NCBI RefSeq assembly: GCF_000010625.1
Contig: NC_010296.1
Location: forward strand, 1,560,001 to 1,592,000
DNA: 32,000 nucleotides
Source: Microcystis aeruginosa NIES-843
GTDB lineage: Bacteria > Cyanobacteriota > Cyanobacteriia > Cyanobacteriales > Microcystaceae
Direction: 5' to 3'
A program made the position numbers and the translations under genes. Shown here one piece after another: positions 9,154 to 17,984 of the stretch (its first letter is position 1; each line of letters begins with the position of its first letter). The notes under the pieces are model-generated. The model worked only from the letters and a program-made list of their open reading frames with translations, was not told the origin of the DNA and searched no databases.

Positions 9154-9720
9154 CTAAATTAATTCTTGAAAGTGCTTCGCTTGAGCGGAAATTTTTAACA
9201 TTTTTTCTGGTTGATCATGAATCTCATTTTTTTGAGAGGATTTACGGCTGCTGGTGGTTGTTTTAGAAATACTGATATTTTTAATACTAACAAAGCGATA
9301 TTGATAGTCCTGAAGAAAATCGGGTTGATTCCAAAATAAGCGTCCGATTTCACGACAATAGGAGACAAAGCATTCGGCTCCTTTTAATTGTTTAATTATC
9401 GATGAATTAGAATCTCTGCTTTTCTTCATTTCCAAACAAAGGATAACTTTTTCAGTAGGGGTATTAGCGATAATTATAAAATCTGCACGCTTACACTCAC
9501 CTTTATTACCAGTAAAAATTGTGCGGACATCAAAAAACTCATCTAGCTTGATCGCAATAACTTGATCGGGTTCAGGCATTCCACTAATCACAAATGAATA
9601 GTTATCTTGATTTTCTATCAGTTTCAGTAAATAGCTATCTCGTTTGTATTCTTTTTTATACTCTAACTCTACTATCGCACACTTGCTAATCATTTCTTTG
9701 AGGATAGCAATATCAGACAT
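9154..9720 (-). CDS. Small protein with a PD-(D/E)xK-like nuclease motif, partner of the upstream ATPase
   Basis: 188 aa. CKRAD80-FIIIA followed 17 residues later by VILCLE97-M-K99-K. Each of the two motifs adjoins a hydrophobic (beta-strand-like) run, the classic restriction-endonuclease-fold pattern. Its start codon overlaps the ATPase stop (TAATG at 9718-9722). AT-rich. Confidence 0.65.
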   Translation of the reverse strand: MSDIAILKEMISKCAIVELEYKKEYKRDSYLLKLIENQDNYSFVISGMPEPDQVIAIKLDEFFDVRTIFTGNKGECKRADFIIIANTPTEKVILCLEMKKSRDSNSSIIKQLKGAECFVSYCREIGRLFWNQPDFLQDYQYRFVSIKNISISKTTTSSRKSSQKNEIHDQPEKMLKISAQAKHFQELI

Positions 9721-11108
9721 TACTCCTCACCCCAAATAATAGCCGTTTGAATACGATTCATATTTTCGATAGTAGTATCAAAACTACGCGCTTCAATACC
9801 CATTTCTGGATCAATTTTAGCGGGGTTTAAAGTGTGAAATTTGGTTTTTCTTTTCTGTCCTTTTAACATCTTTGAATCTTCTTCAGCAATATATACTTTA
9901 ACTTGATCGGCCGATAATAATTCCTCTTGTCTATAGCCTTCTTCTGCGGCAATTTGTTTCAGGTGTGGTTTATTATGGTTAAGCATAATTAATGTATTGA
10001 TTTCTTTGATAATATAATCACTGTGAGTAGTGATAAAAACTTTAATACCAATGTTGATCAGTCGAGCGAAAAGTTTAGCGATACGGCGTTGATTTTCTGG
10101 ATGGAGATTTAATTCAGGTTCATCTACTATCAACAAATCTCCGATGCGAGCTTCGTGTCTTAAATAAAAGCCAATGTCTAAAAGAGAACGTACAGCACTA
10201 GAACTTTCATCCATCGATAGTCTAAGTTTTTTTCCTTTAGGAATGTAATAAAGTTCATCATTGCTAGTAATCATATATTGACCACCAATAATATCGGCAA
10301 AATCTTCTAAAATACTGGGATGATTTTCGGCAATAAAGCTATTTTTTTTGACAATTGTTTCTATTTGTCTAGTAAAATCTACATTTTTTTTGACTGGTAG
10401 CGCATAATCCTGAGAAACATTAAATAACAGTTCCCTAGGATTAAAATTGCTATTTTTACTAATTTCTTCCAGTAAACGATTACGAGCAAAATTTAACTCT
10501 TTGCGAAAAATTGCCGCTCCTGTCCTTTCTGCACTGGCAATAAATGGCCTGGGAAAAAACTGAGAGAAAATTATATCTTGGATGCTGTCGTAAATGATAT
10601 CCTCAAGAAAATGCACTGGCAGATTTATTTTTTCTGTTTCTGTTAATAATGTGATGGATAAATAAGGGTCATTTTCAGGTTTGCTAATCGAGATAATTTC
10701 CCATGTTGCTGTACTAATTTTCTTTTCATACTTATTTTGAAATTGAATATTGTCAAAATTTAATTCTATCTGAAAATCAACATTTTTAAACCTCTCCTCG
10801 TTGGCCGCAAAAACTTCAGGTATTTGTCGAATATATCTTTGACAACCTGTAGTAAGAATACTTTCACACTGTTGAACATACTCCTGTAGATCGAGACTAA
10901 TTACACCATCAGAAAGTAGTTGATCAACTTTTTCTTTGAGGCTAAATGTTGATCCCTTTAATAGTTGTCGCCAAGTGTCTAAAAAACCAAATAAAGAATA
11001 TGTAGCATAAGTTTTACCTGTGTTATTACCACCACAGATAATTGTGAGGTTGCCTAGACTTAATTCTGCCTGTTTTAAAATGCCAAGATTTTTAATTTTA
11101 ACTTTCAT
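9720..11108 (-). CDS. ABC/OLD-type (AAA_15/AAA_21-like) ATPase
   Basis: 462 aa with Walker A GGNNTGKT (26-33), signature-like LSMDESSSAVRS (297-308), Walker B LLIVDEPELNLHP (D329/E330) and H-loop ITTHSD (H362). About 260 aa are inserted between Walker A and the signature, as in RecF/SMC/OLD-like ATPases. No TOPRIM or other effector domain is fused. Confidence 0.85.
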   Translation of the reverse strand: MKVKIKNLGILKQAELSLGNLTIICGGNNTGKTYATYSLFGFLDTWRQLLKGSTFSLKEKVDQLLSDGVISLDLQEYVQQCESILTTGCQRYIRQIPEVFAANEERFKNVDFQIELNFDNIQFQNKYEKKISTATWEIISISKPENDPYLSITLLTETEKINLPVHFLEDIIYDSIQDIIFSQFFPRPFIASAERTGAAIFRKELNFARNRLLEEISKNSNFNPRELLFNVSQDYALPVKKNVDFTRQIETIVKKNSFIAENHPSILEDFADIIGGQYMITSNDELYYIPKGKKLRLSMDESSSAVRSLLDIGFYLRHEARIGDLLIVDEPELNLHPENQRRIAKLFARLINIGIKVFITTHSDYIIKEINTLIMLNHNKPHLKQIAAEEGYRQEELLSADQVKVYIAEEDSKMLKGQKRKTKFHTLNPAKIDPEMGIEARSFDTTIENMNRIQTAIIWGEE

Positions 11109-11212
11109 ATTTGTCTTTAGGTTTAATATTCACGATGATAGATAATTGTGGGTAATTTGATCAAGTCCCAAACTATACATTCAACTTTGGTTATCAAGGT
11201 TGCTTACAGAAA

Positions 11213-11797
11213 TTATAACCTTTCTAAGGCTTTTCTCTCTTTTTCAGTCACTTCTCGCCATTGACCGGGTTGTAATCCTGTTAAGCATAATTTATTGTTT
11301 TTGTCAATAGTAATGGCTGTTCTAATTAATCTTAAAGTGGGATAACCAACGGCAGCCGTCATCCTTCTTACCTGACGATTTCTTCCCTCAGTTAAGGTAA
11401 TTTCTAACCAAGCGGTGGGGACAGATTTTCGATAACGAATCGGTGGCTCTCTGGGTGGTAAATCTGGTTCAAAATCTAGTAAATTAACTATTGCTGGTCG
11501 AGTGCGATAATCCTGAATAGGAAGACCTTGACGCAATTTTTCTAAAGCGTTTAGGTCTGGAATTCTTTCGACTTGTACCCAATAGGTACGCGGATGAGCA
11601 AATTGACGATGACCCAAACGATGCTGTAATTGACCGTTATCTGTGAGTAATAATAATCCCTCGCTGTCCCTATCTAAACGACCGACAGAATAGATATTCG
11701 GGATGGGAATATAATCTTTTAAAGTCGAGCGACCATTTTCATCAGTAAACTGACATAATACATCGTAGGGTTTATAAAAAAGGATATATTTATTCAA
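11213..11797 (-). CDS. rRNA pseudouridine synthase (RsuA/RluE family)
   Basis: 194 aa with the catalytic motif [17 protein letters not shown]. It lacks an S4 domain, as RluE-like enzymes do. Confidence 0.9.
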   Translation of the reverse strand: MNKYILFYKPYDVLCQFTDENGRSTLKDYIPIPNIYSVGRLDRDSEGLLLLTDNGQLQHRLGHRQFAHPRTYWVQVERIPDLNALEKLRQGLPIQDYRTRPAIVNLLDFEPDLPPREPPIRYRKSVPTAWLEITLTEGRNRQVRRMTAAVGYPTLRLIRTAITIDKNNKLCLTGLQPGQWREVTEKERKALERL

Positions 11798-11923
11798 GGG
11801 AAAAAGGAGTCAGGAGATAGGAGTCAGGAGCTTTTTGCTTTTATCAGTAAAAATCAAACAGTAATCCGTGAAAAGAAAGCTCTGAACTTGCCACTTAATA
11901 CTATTCACTGAAAACTAAAATAT

Positions 11924-11975
11924 GATAACTGATTACTGATTACTGATTACTGATTACTGATTACTGATCACTGAT
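11924..11975. repeat. Heptamer tandem array (GATTACT, about 7 copies)
   Basis: gataact gattact x5 gatcact read directly. It abuts the stop codon of the ABC-2 permease gene. CAGGAGT units lie at 11806-11832. Confidence 0.9.
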
Positions 11976-12764
11976 TCAATCCCGTTGATGGGAGAATTGA
12001 TAAGCACCGACAATCGAGAGAAGAAGAGCGACGATTAATAAAATAGGGATAGCGAACCAAGGAAATTGATTTATATCGTAGGCTGCGGCTCTTAATCCCA
12101 GACTAGCATAGGTGAGGGGTAAGGAATAAACAATAATTTTTAATGGCCAGGGTAAAGTTTGGGGGTCGAAAAAAGTTGCTCCTAAAAAAGACATCGGCAC
12201 GATTAAAAAGTTATTATACAGACTGACACTTTCGAGGGATTTAACTCGCAATCCGACAATTGCCCCTAAACCGGCAAAGACGGCACAATTTAAGATTAAA
12301 ACTAATAAAAAGAGGGGATTGAGAAAACTGACAAATTTTCCTGTAAATAAGATAGCAACGAGAATCACCGATGCAGAAGTCATTACACCGCGCAAAATCC
12401 CCGCAAAAACTTTGCCTAAAAATAATGAGAGGGGATGGACGGGAAGTAATAATAATTCCTCGAAGGTTTTACTAAATAAGCGATCGCCACATATCGAAAA
12501 GGTGGTTCCCCCGAAACTGATCGCCATTGAGGACAGGGCCACCATTCCGGGTAAAATAAATTCTAGATAAGAATCGCCGAGCGAGGGTTTCATCGAGCGA
12601 TCGAGGGCGCTTCCCAACCCCAACCCGAAACCGATAATATAGATTAGGGGAGAAACTAAACCTGTGGCGGCGATCTGAAGGACTCTCGCGCGTAAATCTA
12701 GCCATTCTCCCCAAAATACGGTTAAAGTGTCTGTTAATATCGTCTGAGCTTGAGCTAGTTTCAC
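11976..12764 (-). CDS. ABC-2 type transporter permease
   Basis: 262 aa with about 6 predicted TM segments and an ABC-2 (NodJ/YadH-like) layout. No ATPase partner is adjacent in this window. Confidence 0.75.
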   Translation of the reverse strand: MKLAQAQTILTDTLTVFWGEWLDLRARVLQIAATGLVSPLIYIIGFGLGLGSALDRSMKPSLGDSYLEFILPGMVALSSMAISFGGTTFSICGDRLFSKTFEELLLLPVHPLSLFLGKVFAGILRGVMTSASVILVAILFTGKFVSFLNPLFLLVLILNCAVFAGLGAIVGLRVKSLESVSLYNNFLIVPMSFLGATFFDPQTLPWPLKIIVYSLPLTYASLGLRAAAYDINQFPWFAIPILLIVALLLSIVGAYQFSHQRD

Positions 12765-12853
12765 TGGTATTTTGGTTAATTAGTAAATACACTTTTAATA
12801 ATAATTAATAATTGTCCCCTTTTTCAAGAGTGGCTCATCCCAGTTTAGTAAAA

Positions 12854-12925
12854 TGTAGGGTGCGTTAGACGGCGACAATCTCTGCTTAAACTTGAATCTA
12901 ACAATCCGTCGTAACGCACCACACC
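12854..12925. repeat. Small palindromic (MITE-like) element
   Basis: Inverted repeat gggtgcgttagacgg (12858-12872) / ccgtcgtaacgcacc (12906-12920), with a third partial copy ggtgcgttac at 12943-12952. Confidence 0.6.
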
Positions 12926-13041
12926 TATCATTAATTTAATTTGGTGCGTTACTACTACTACTTACTTATGATAAAATGCCTTCAAAGACAGGTAAGGGAA
13001 AACTTTCAATTATTCACCCAATAAAATAACTAATAGCCGAG

Positions 13042-15318
13042 ATGAAACCCTGTTACTGCATTAATCCCGATTGTTCTCAACCAGGGCATCCGAGTAATAA
13101 TAACTCGAATACTCGTTACTGTCAAAGTTGCGGCTCTCAATTGTTGTTAAATGGTAAATATAGGGTGAGTCGGTTATTGAGTGATACGACCGGTTTTGGC
13201 ATTGTTTATGAGGCTTTTGAAGGTTTTACAGCCAAAATCCTCAAGGTATTACAAGAAAAATGGAATAATCAACCGAAGGCAGTGGAATTATTTAAACGGG
13301 AATATGACGTTTTATTAGAGTTAAGTCGTCAAAATGTCACCGGTGTTCCTCGAGCGGATGCCTATTTTCAATATTCCACGAGAGAAGGGAAAATATTACA
13401 CTGTTTAGTTATGGAAAAAGTGGAGGGTATTAATTTAGAACAGTGGCTAAAGCAGTATGATAAATTAAGTCAAAAACGAGCCTTAAAATGGCTGAGAGAA
13501 ATTACTTTAATTCTCGATAAAATTCATCAACAGAATTGGATGCATCAAGATATTAAACCCCCTAATATTATGTTGCGGAATAGTGGCGAGTTGGTGTTAA
13601 TTGATTTTGGGACAGCAGGGACAGCAAGGGAAGAAACCCAAACCTATCATCAAAAGGGAAAAGGTCAACAGGTGACAGGTATTACCTCGGTCGGATATAC
13701 ACCCAATGAACAACAACATAGCCAGGCGGTGATTCAATCAGATTTTCATGCTTTAGGACGAACTTTTATGCATTTATTAACCGGAAAACATCCCTTAGAA
13801 ATTTATTATGATGCGTATAATGATGTTTTAGCTTGGCGAGAAGAAACGGAAAATATTCACCCGTTATTGTTGGATTTTATTGACGAGTTAATGGGAAGAT
13901 TACCCAAGAATAGACCGGCTAATACTAGGGTTATTTTACAGCGTTTGGATGAGATTGAACGGCAATTAAAGTTACCTCCTATAACTCCTATTATAACATC
14001 TCCACCACCACCAAATCCGCAGCCTGTTGTAAATCAAAAACAACCACAGGTTATTCCTAATATTAATCCTTCTCCGCCGGTTTCACCTGTGGCTGTACCC
14101 AAAAAAACACCAGCACAACCGGTTAAAAATAATAAGCTGAGAAATAGAATAATAGCTCTTGGTGGAGTTTTGTTATTAGGAATAGGAATAACGCAAGGTT
14201 ATGGTTATTTAAAATATAAAAGATTTCCGGTTACTCCTCAATTTTTAATCTCTGGTTTAGTTGATACTCCCTTTCTTTATAAGACCTTTACTGGTCATTC
14301 TGAGGCGGTTAACTCAGTAGCTTATAGTCCCGATGGACGGTTTTTGGCGAGTGTGAGTAATTACGATAGCATCAAAATTTGGGATATAGAAAATGGAAAA
14401 GAACCGCTTAATCTTGCTAATAATTCTAGCTTGATTAACTTAGTAGCCTATAATCCTTTAGCAGTAATAATCCTTGATGGTATAGTCTCTCCTCTTCCTC
14501 TTCAACAACAAGTAGAGCTTAATCTTAATAAAGTCTTGTCAGTAGCTTATAGTCCAGATGGACGCTATTTAGCCAGTGGGGGTGGGACATTATTGACTCA
14601 GGGGGAAGAACAGGGGGAAGAACAAAGTGTAGATATCATCAAAATTTGGGATATAGAAAGGAGAAAAGAATTGTTTCCCATTACTGTTAATTCTCGGCAT
14701 ATAGTTAACTCAGTAGCCTATAGTCCCGATGGCCGCTACTTAGCTAGTGGAAGTGCGGACAAAACTATCAAGATTTGGGATACAAAAACAGGAACAGAAT
14801 TGAGTACCCTCACTGGTCATTCTGAGGCGGTTAACTCAGTAGCTTATAGTCCAGATGGAAGGTATTTAGCGAGTGCGAGTAGTGACGAGACTATTAAAAT
14901 TTGGGATGTAAAAAATAACAAAGAATTAAATACCTTTATTTATAATTATTCAAAGACAATAACAGGTGTGGGCTATTTAATTAGAATAGCCTATAGTCCT
15001 AATGGACGATATTTAGCCAGTGGATATCTTAATGGAACTATCCAACTTTGGGATGTAAAAACAGGAAACAAAGTGCATACTCTTACTGGTCATTCTGGTT
15101 CGGTTATTCCATTAGCATATAGTCCCGATGGCCGCTATTTAGCTAGTGGGAGTAGTGACGGGACTATTAAAATTTGGGAGGTAGCAACGGGAAAAGAATT
15201 GCGTACCCTTACTGGTCATTCTGACACGGTTTGGTCAGTAGTATATAGTCCCGATGGCCGTTATTTAGCTAGTGGGAGTGGTGACAAAAATATAAAAATT
15301 TGGCGGGTGGGACAGTAA
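13042..15318 (+). CDS. Ser/Thr protein kinase with N-terminal Cys4 zinc-ribbon, Pro-rich linker, TM segment and C-terminal WD40 repeats
   Basis: CINPDCSQ...CQSCG; kinase motifs HQDIKPPNIM and LIDFGTA; a PPPPNPQP linker; repeated VNSVAYSPDGRYLASGS.D.TIKIWD blades. Confidence 0.92.
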   Translation: MKPCYCINPDCSQPGHPSNNNSNTRYCQSCGSQLLLNGKYRVSRLLSDTTGFGIVYEAFEGFTAKILKVLQEKWNNQPKAVELFKREYDVLLELSRQNVTGVPRADAYFQYSTREGKILHCLVMEKVEGINLEQWLKQYDKLSQKRALKWLREITLILDKIHQQNWMHQDIKPPNIMLRNSGELVLIDFGTAGTAREETQTYHQKGKGQQVTGITSVGYTPNEQQHSQAVIQSDFHALGRTFMHLLTGKHPLEIYYDAYNDVLAWREETENIHPLLLDFIDELMGRLPKNRPANTRVILQRLDEIERQLKLPPITPIITSPPPPNPQPVVNQKQPQVIPNINPSPPVSPVAVPKKTPAQPVKNNKLRNRIIALGGVLLLGIGITQGYGYLKYKRFPVTPQFLISGLVDTPFLYKTFTGHSEAVNSVAYSPDGRFLASVSNYDSIKIWDIENGKEPLNLANNSSLINLVAYNPLAVIILDGIVSPLPLQQQVELNLNKVLSVAYSPDGRYLASGGGTLLTQGEEQGEEQSVDIIKIWDIERRKELFPITVNSRHIVNSVAYSPDGRYLASGSADKTIKIWDTKTGTELSTLTGHSEAVNSVAYSPDGRYLASASSDETIKIWDVKNNKELNTFIYNYSKTITGVGYLIRIAYSPNGRYLASGYLNGTIQLWDVKTGNKVHTLTGHSGSVIPLAYSPDGRYLASGSSDGTIKIWEVATGKELRTLTGHSDTVWSVVYSPDGRYLASGSGDKNIKIWRVGQ

Positions 15319-15473
15319 AGTTGTGTTTGGGGTGACAGCAATAACTTTTGTCTATCAAAAATGAGCGACACTTGCGTGAAACCCAACTACACCGATGTCT
15401 TTAAAAATGTTGGGTTTTGGCTCAAATTATTGAATCGAGCAGTTTTCTCCTAAATAGGGTATGCGGCAAAAAG

Positions 15474-15838
15474 TACGGGCGAAGCATTCGGATAGAAAAT
15501 CTGGCGTTGTCATATCAGAATAGGAAAGATGCAATGCTCCGGTGCTGATTCGGAGCATCTTTCAATTTGACAACGCCGATTGTAGGGCTAATTCATGAAT
15601 TAGCCCTACGCCGATTTTAGGGCTAATTCCACTGCTAAATCGAGCGACTCTTGTTCCCCACTTAAGCCCAACTATCGGCACTATTCGTTCATTAAACACT
15701 AATTGTCAAGATGCAGGGTAATCTTTCCTATCAAAGTAATTTCCGTTCCGGTGCTGATTGGGAGCATCTTTCAATTTGACAACGCCGAAAATCTACAGTT
15801 TCACCGATAGGTTATTGTCCGAATGCTTCGCCCCTACA
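15474..15838. mobile_element. MITE-like element with terminal inverted repeats, internally duplicated or nested
   Basis: TIRs gggcgaagcattcgga (15476-15491) and tccgaatgcttcgccc (15819-15834). The about 40-nt block ccggtgctgatt(c/g)ggagcatctttcaatttgacaacgccga occurs twice (15539-15579 and 15748-15788). A perfect palindrome tagggctaattcatgaattagcccta lies inside. Confidence 0.6.
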
Positions 15839-15963
15839 GGACGCGGGCCGATAAAGACGCAAGATTTTGAACGACGATTCTCTCACAATCTTGCACCTGT
15901 TTTGCGAGAAAAGCCACAAAATCTCTACCTTGCTTACATCTCACATTTATTCAGCAAACCCTA

Positions 15964-15969
15964 TATAAT
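15964..15969 (+). promoter_or_regulatory. Candidate -10 box (TATAAT) upstream of vapBC
   Basis: Perfect TATAAT 40 nt upstream of the vapB ATG. No convincing -35. Confidence 0.3.
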
Positions 15970-16008
15970 GTGTATATTAACAATCTACTACACACAACTA
16001 GGGATAGG

Positions 16009-16203
16009 ATGATGACTAACATTATCATTGATGACCAACTCATGGCTGATGCTCTTAAAGCTACTGGTTTAAAGACTAAACAAGAAGTTGTTGAATTGGG
16101 TCTTAAGACTTTGATTCGGCTCAAACAACAGGAGAAAATTAAAGCCTTTAAAGGTAAGCTTAAATGGGAAGGAAACCTTGAGGAAATGAGGCACAATCAA
16201 TGA
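16009..16203 (+). CDS. vapB: Type II antitoxin, VapB family
   Basis: MMTNIIIDDQLMADALKATGLKTKQEVVELGLKTLI... is typical of VapB/DUF2191-like antitoxins. Its stop overlaps the vapC start (ATGA). An internal ATG is preferred over the track start at 15970. Confidence 0.8.
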   Translation: MMTNIIIDDQLMADALKATGLKTKQEVVELGLKTLIRLKQQEKIKAFKGKLKWEGNLEEMRHNQ

Positions 16204-16571
16204 TTCTTGTGGATTCTAGTGTTTGGATTGATTTACTGCTGGGAGTTGAGCCGATAGCTATTGGTGATATTATTCTCACCGAAGTTCTCCAAGGTTTTAG
16301 GAGTGATAAGGATTATCAAATAGCCTATCGCTTACTAACTTCATTGACTATTTATGATTTACTAGGTTTGAGAATGGCATTGAAAAGCGCGGACAATTAT
16401 CGCCAGTTACGCAAGAAGGGGATAACTATTAGAAAAACTGCTGATGTTATTATTGCCTCCTTTTGTATTGAAAATAATCTTCCGCTCCTTTTTTCAGATA
16501 AAGATTTTATTCCTTTCGTGAAGCACTTAAAGCTAATTTCAGCTTGTCCTACTACTAATGATGAACGATGA
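16200..16571 (+). CDS. vapC: PIN-domain ribonuclease toxin VapC
   Basis: MILVDSSVWID... N-terminus with the first acidic PIN residue, and C-terminal ...LLFSDKDF. 4-nt overlap with vapB. Confidence 0.88.
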   Translation: MILVDSSVWIDLLLGVEPIAIGDIILTEVLQGFRSDKDYQIAYRLLTSLTIYDLLGLRMALKSADNYRQLRKKGITIRKTADVIIASFCIENNLPLLFSDKDFIPFVKHLKLISACPTTNDER

Positions 16572-16829
16572 TTGAGTTGCGACTCATTTCTATTAACGAA
16601 TGTTGAGTAAAAAGTGCTTCTATTTGGGTTAGATTATTCTGAAATAATGCTTCTAATTCGACATTTGTAATGTTACCCGTAGTAACTAGCAGAAGCTTAT
16701 AAGGTTCTTGACTAATTAAAAATGAATCGAGAAAATCTGTGTCTTTGGTAATAACAATACGATTTTGTTGAATTGAAAGAGCGTTAATTTCTGCATCTGT
16801 CGTGGCATTTTATCGACTAAAAACTTCAT
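16555..16829 (-). pseudogene. Decayed DUF5615 (Mut7-C/PIN-like) toxin gene, partner of DUF433
   Basis: ATG at 16829 overlaps the DUF433 stop (ATGA) and gives MKFLVDKMPRQ, then an early stop. Another frame reads DAEINALSIQQNRIVITKDTDFLDSFLISQEPYKLLLVTTGNITNVELEALF... to TAG at 16555-16557. This implies an internal out-of-frame deletion of roughly 25-30 codons. Confidence 0.65.
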
Positions 16830-17062
16830 GGTGCAATTTGGTAGATGCTTTTTACCTGAGTCAACCGAGTGGCAAACAATAACGCCGCTAGAATATCCTC
16901 CCGTTCCAAATCATCGTAGTCGGCTAAAATATCTTCGATACCCATGCCAGAACTAAGTAATTCTAGGATAAATTCAACAGGATAACGCAATCCTCGAAGG
17001 CAAGGTTTGCCATGACAGATATTTAAATCGAGGGTGATTCGCTGCCAAAGTTGTTTTTCCAT
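16826..17062 (-). CDS. DUF433-family protein (putative antitoxin)
   Basis: 78 aa; ITLDLNICHGKPCLRGLRYPVEFILELLSSGMGIEDILADYDDLEREDILAAL matches the DUF433 pattern. Confidence 0.85.
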   Translation of the reverse strand: MEKQLWQRITLDLNICHGKPCLRGLRYPVEFILELLSSGMGIEDILADYDDLEREDILAALLFATRLTQVKSIYQIAP

Positions 17063-17151
17063 CGGTAATTCAGTTGCTTGTCATCTGCCTTTTTCCCCAG
17101 GGGATATTTCTAAGAAGAAAGTTGCCCGCTAGTTTGTCCTTAGCTGCTATA

Positions 17152-17850
17152 TTAATTGGTTAAACCGTGTTTTAGGGCAAAACGTACCAATTCCGTGCGA
17201 CTATTAGTACCAGTCTTGCTAAATAAGCGACTGACGTATTTTTCTACGTTTCTGACACTGGTTTCTAGACGACTGGCAATTTCTTTATTCATCAATCCCT
17301 CCGCTACTAAATCTAAAACACTTTGTTCCCGGGGGGTAAGGTCAATTTTAATCGGGGGGGGAGTAGTAGTAAAAGTGTTCTGTTGTCCCACCTGCTGTTT
17401 TAATTCCCGGATATCTCGGGCAATTTCTTCTAATCTAGCGTTTTCGCTGGTGGCTTGCAGGGATTGACGACGGCGCTCGATTAAAGACTTGATTAATGCT
17501 TCTAATTCTTCGGGATCGAAAGGCTTGGATAAATAAGCATCACAACCGGCATTATAACCCTGAATGCGATCGCTCGTCATCCCCCTAGCAGTGAGAAAAA
17601 CCACGGGAATTGTCTGAAAACGAGCATCTTCGCGCAATTTCTTCAGAAACTGATAGCCATCCACCTGCGGCATCATAATGTCGGAGATGACTAATTCCGG
17701 AATTTCTTGATTGAGTAAATCCCAGGCTTCGTTAGCATTACTAGCAGTTCTTACCTCGAAGTCATCCCCGTACTGTAGATATGCTTGCACAGATTCACGA
17801 ACCCCCGGTTCGTCATCCACTAACAAAACTTTCGCAGGTGTGTCCATCAA
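17152..17850 (-). CDS. Two-component response regulator, NarL/FixJ (LuxR HTH) type
   Basis: Receiver domain (VLLVDDEP...SDIMMPQVDG...SKPF) followed by a LuxR-type HTH (LTPREQSVLDLVAEGLMNKEIASRLETSVRNVEKYVSRLFSK). Confidence 0.92.
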   Translation of the reverse strand: MMDTPAKVLLVDDEPGVRESVQAYLQYGDDFEVRTASNANEAWDLLNQEIPELVISDIMMPQVDGYQFLKKLREDARFQTIPVVFLTARGMTSDRIQGYNAGCDAYLSKPFDPEELEALIKSLIERRRQSLQATSENARLEEIARDIRELKQQVGQQNTFTTTPPPIKIDLTPREQSVLDLVAEGLMNKEIASRLETSVRNVEKYVSRLFSKTGTNSRTELVRFALKHGLTN

Positions 17851-17897
17851 TTTCTCGCAGCGATCGAATATTGTCCGAATCCTATCTTATCAGCTAA

Positions 17898-17984
17898 GGA
17901 GATAGGAGTCAGTAGTCAGGAGTTGGGGTTTTAGGGTTTTGGGGTATTAGTTGAAATTCCCCTATCTCCCCATTCCCTACACCC
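17898..17984. repeat. Composite intergenic repeat, copy C (left part), interrupted by the group II intron
   Basis: ggagataggagtcagtagtcaggagt, then tggggttttagggttttggggtattagttgaaatt, then cccctatctccccattccctacaccc. The C-rich arm resumes at 18770. Confidence 0.8.

Noticed and set aside
9051-9266. 71-aa plus-strand ORF
   Set aside because: It overlaps the 3' ends of two better-supported genes and looks like an AT-rich random ORF.
12319-12792. ORFs 12319..12570 (+) and 12472..12792 (-) overlapping the ABC-2 permease
   Set aside because: They are alternative frame or antisense to the membrane-protein ORF, whose hydrophobic periodicity is convincing.
15758-16196. ORFs 15758..16012 (+) and 15951..16196 (-)
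   Set aside because: The first is read through MITE sequence. The second is antisense to vapB.
17156-17905. Plus-strand ORFs 17156..17467 and 17711..17905
   Set aside because: They are antisense to the response-regulator CDS.
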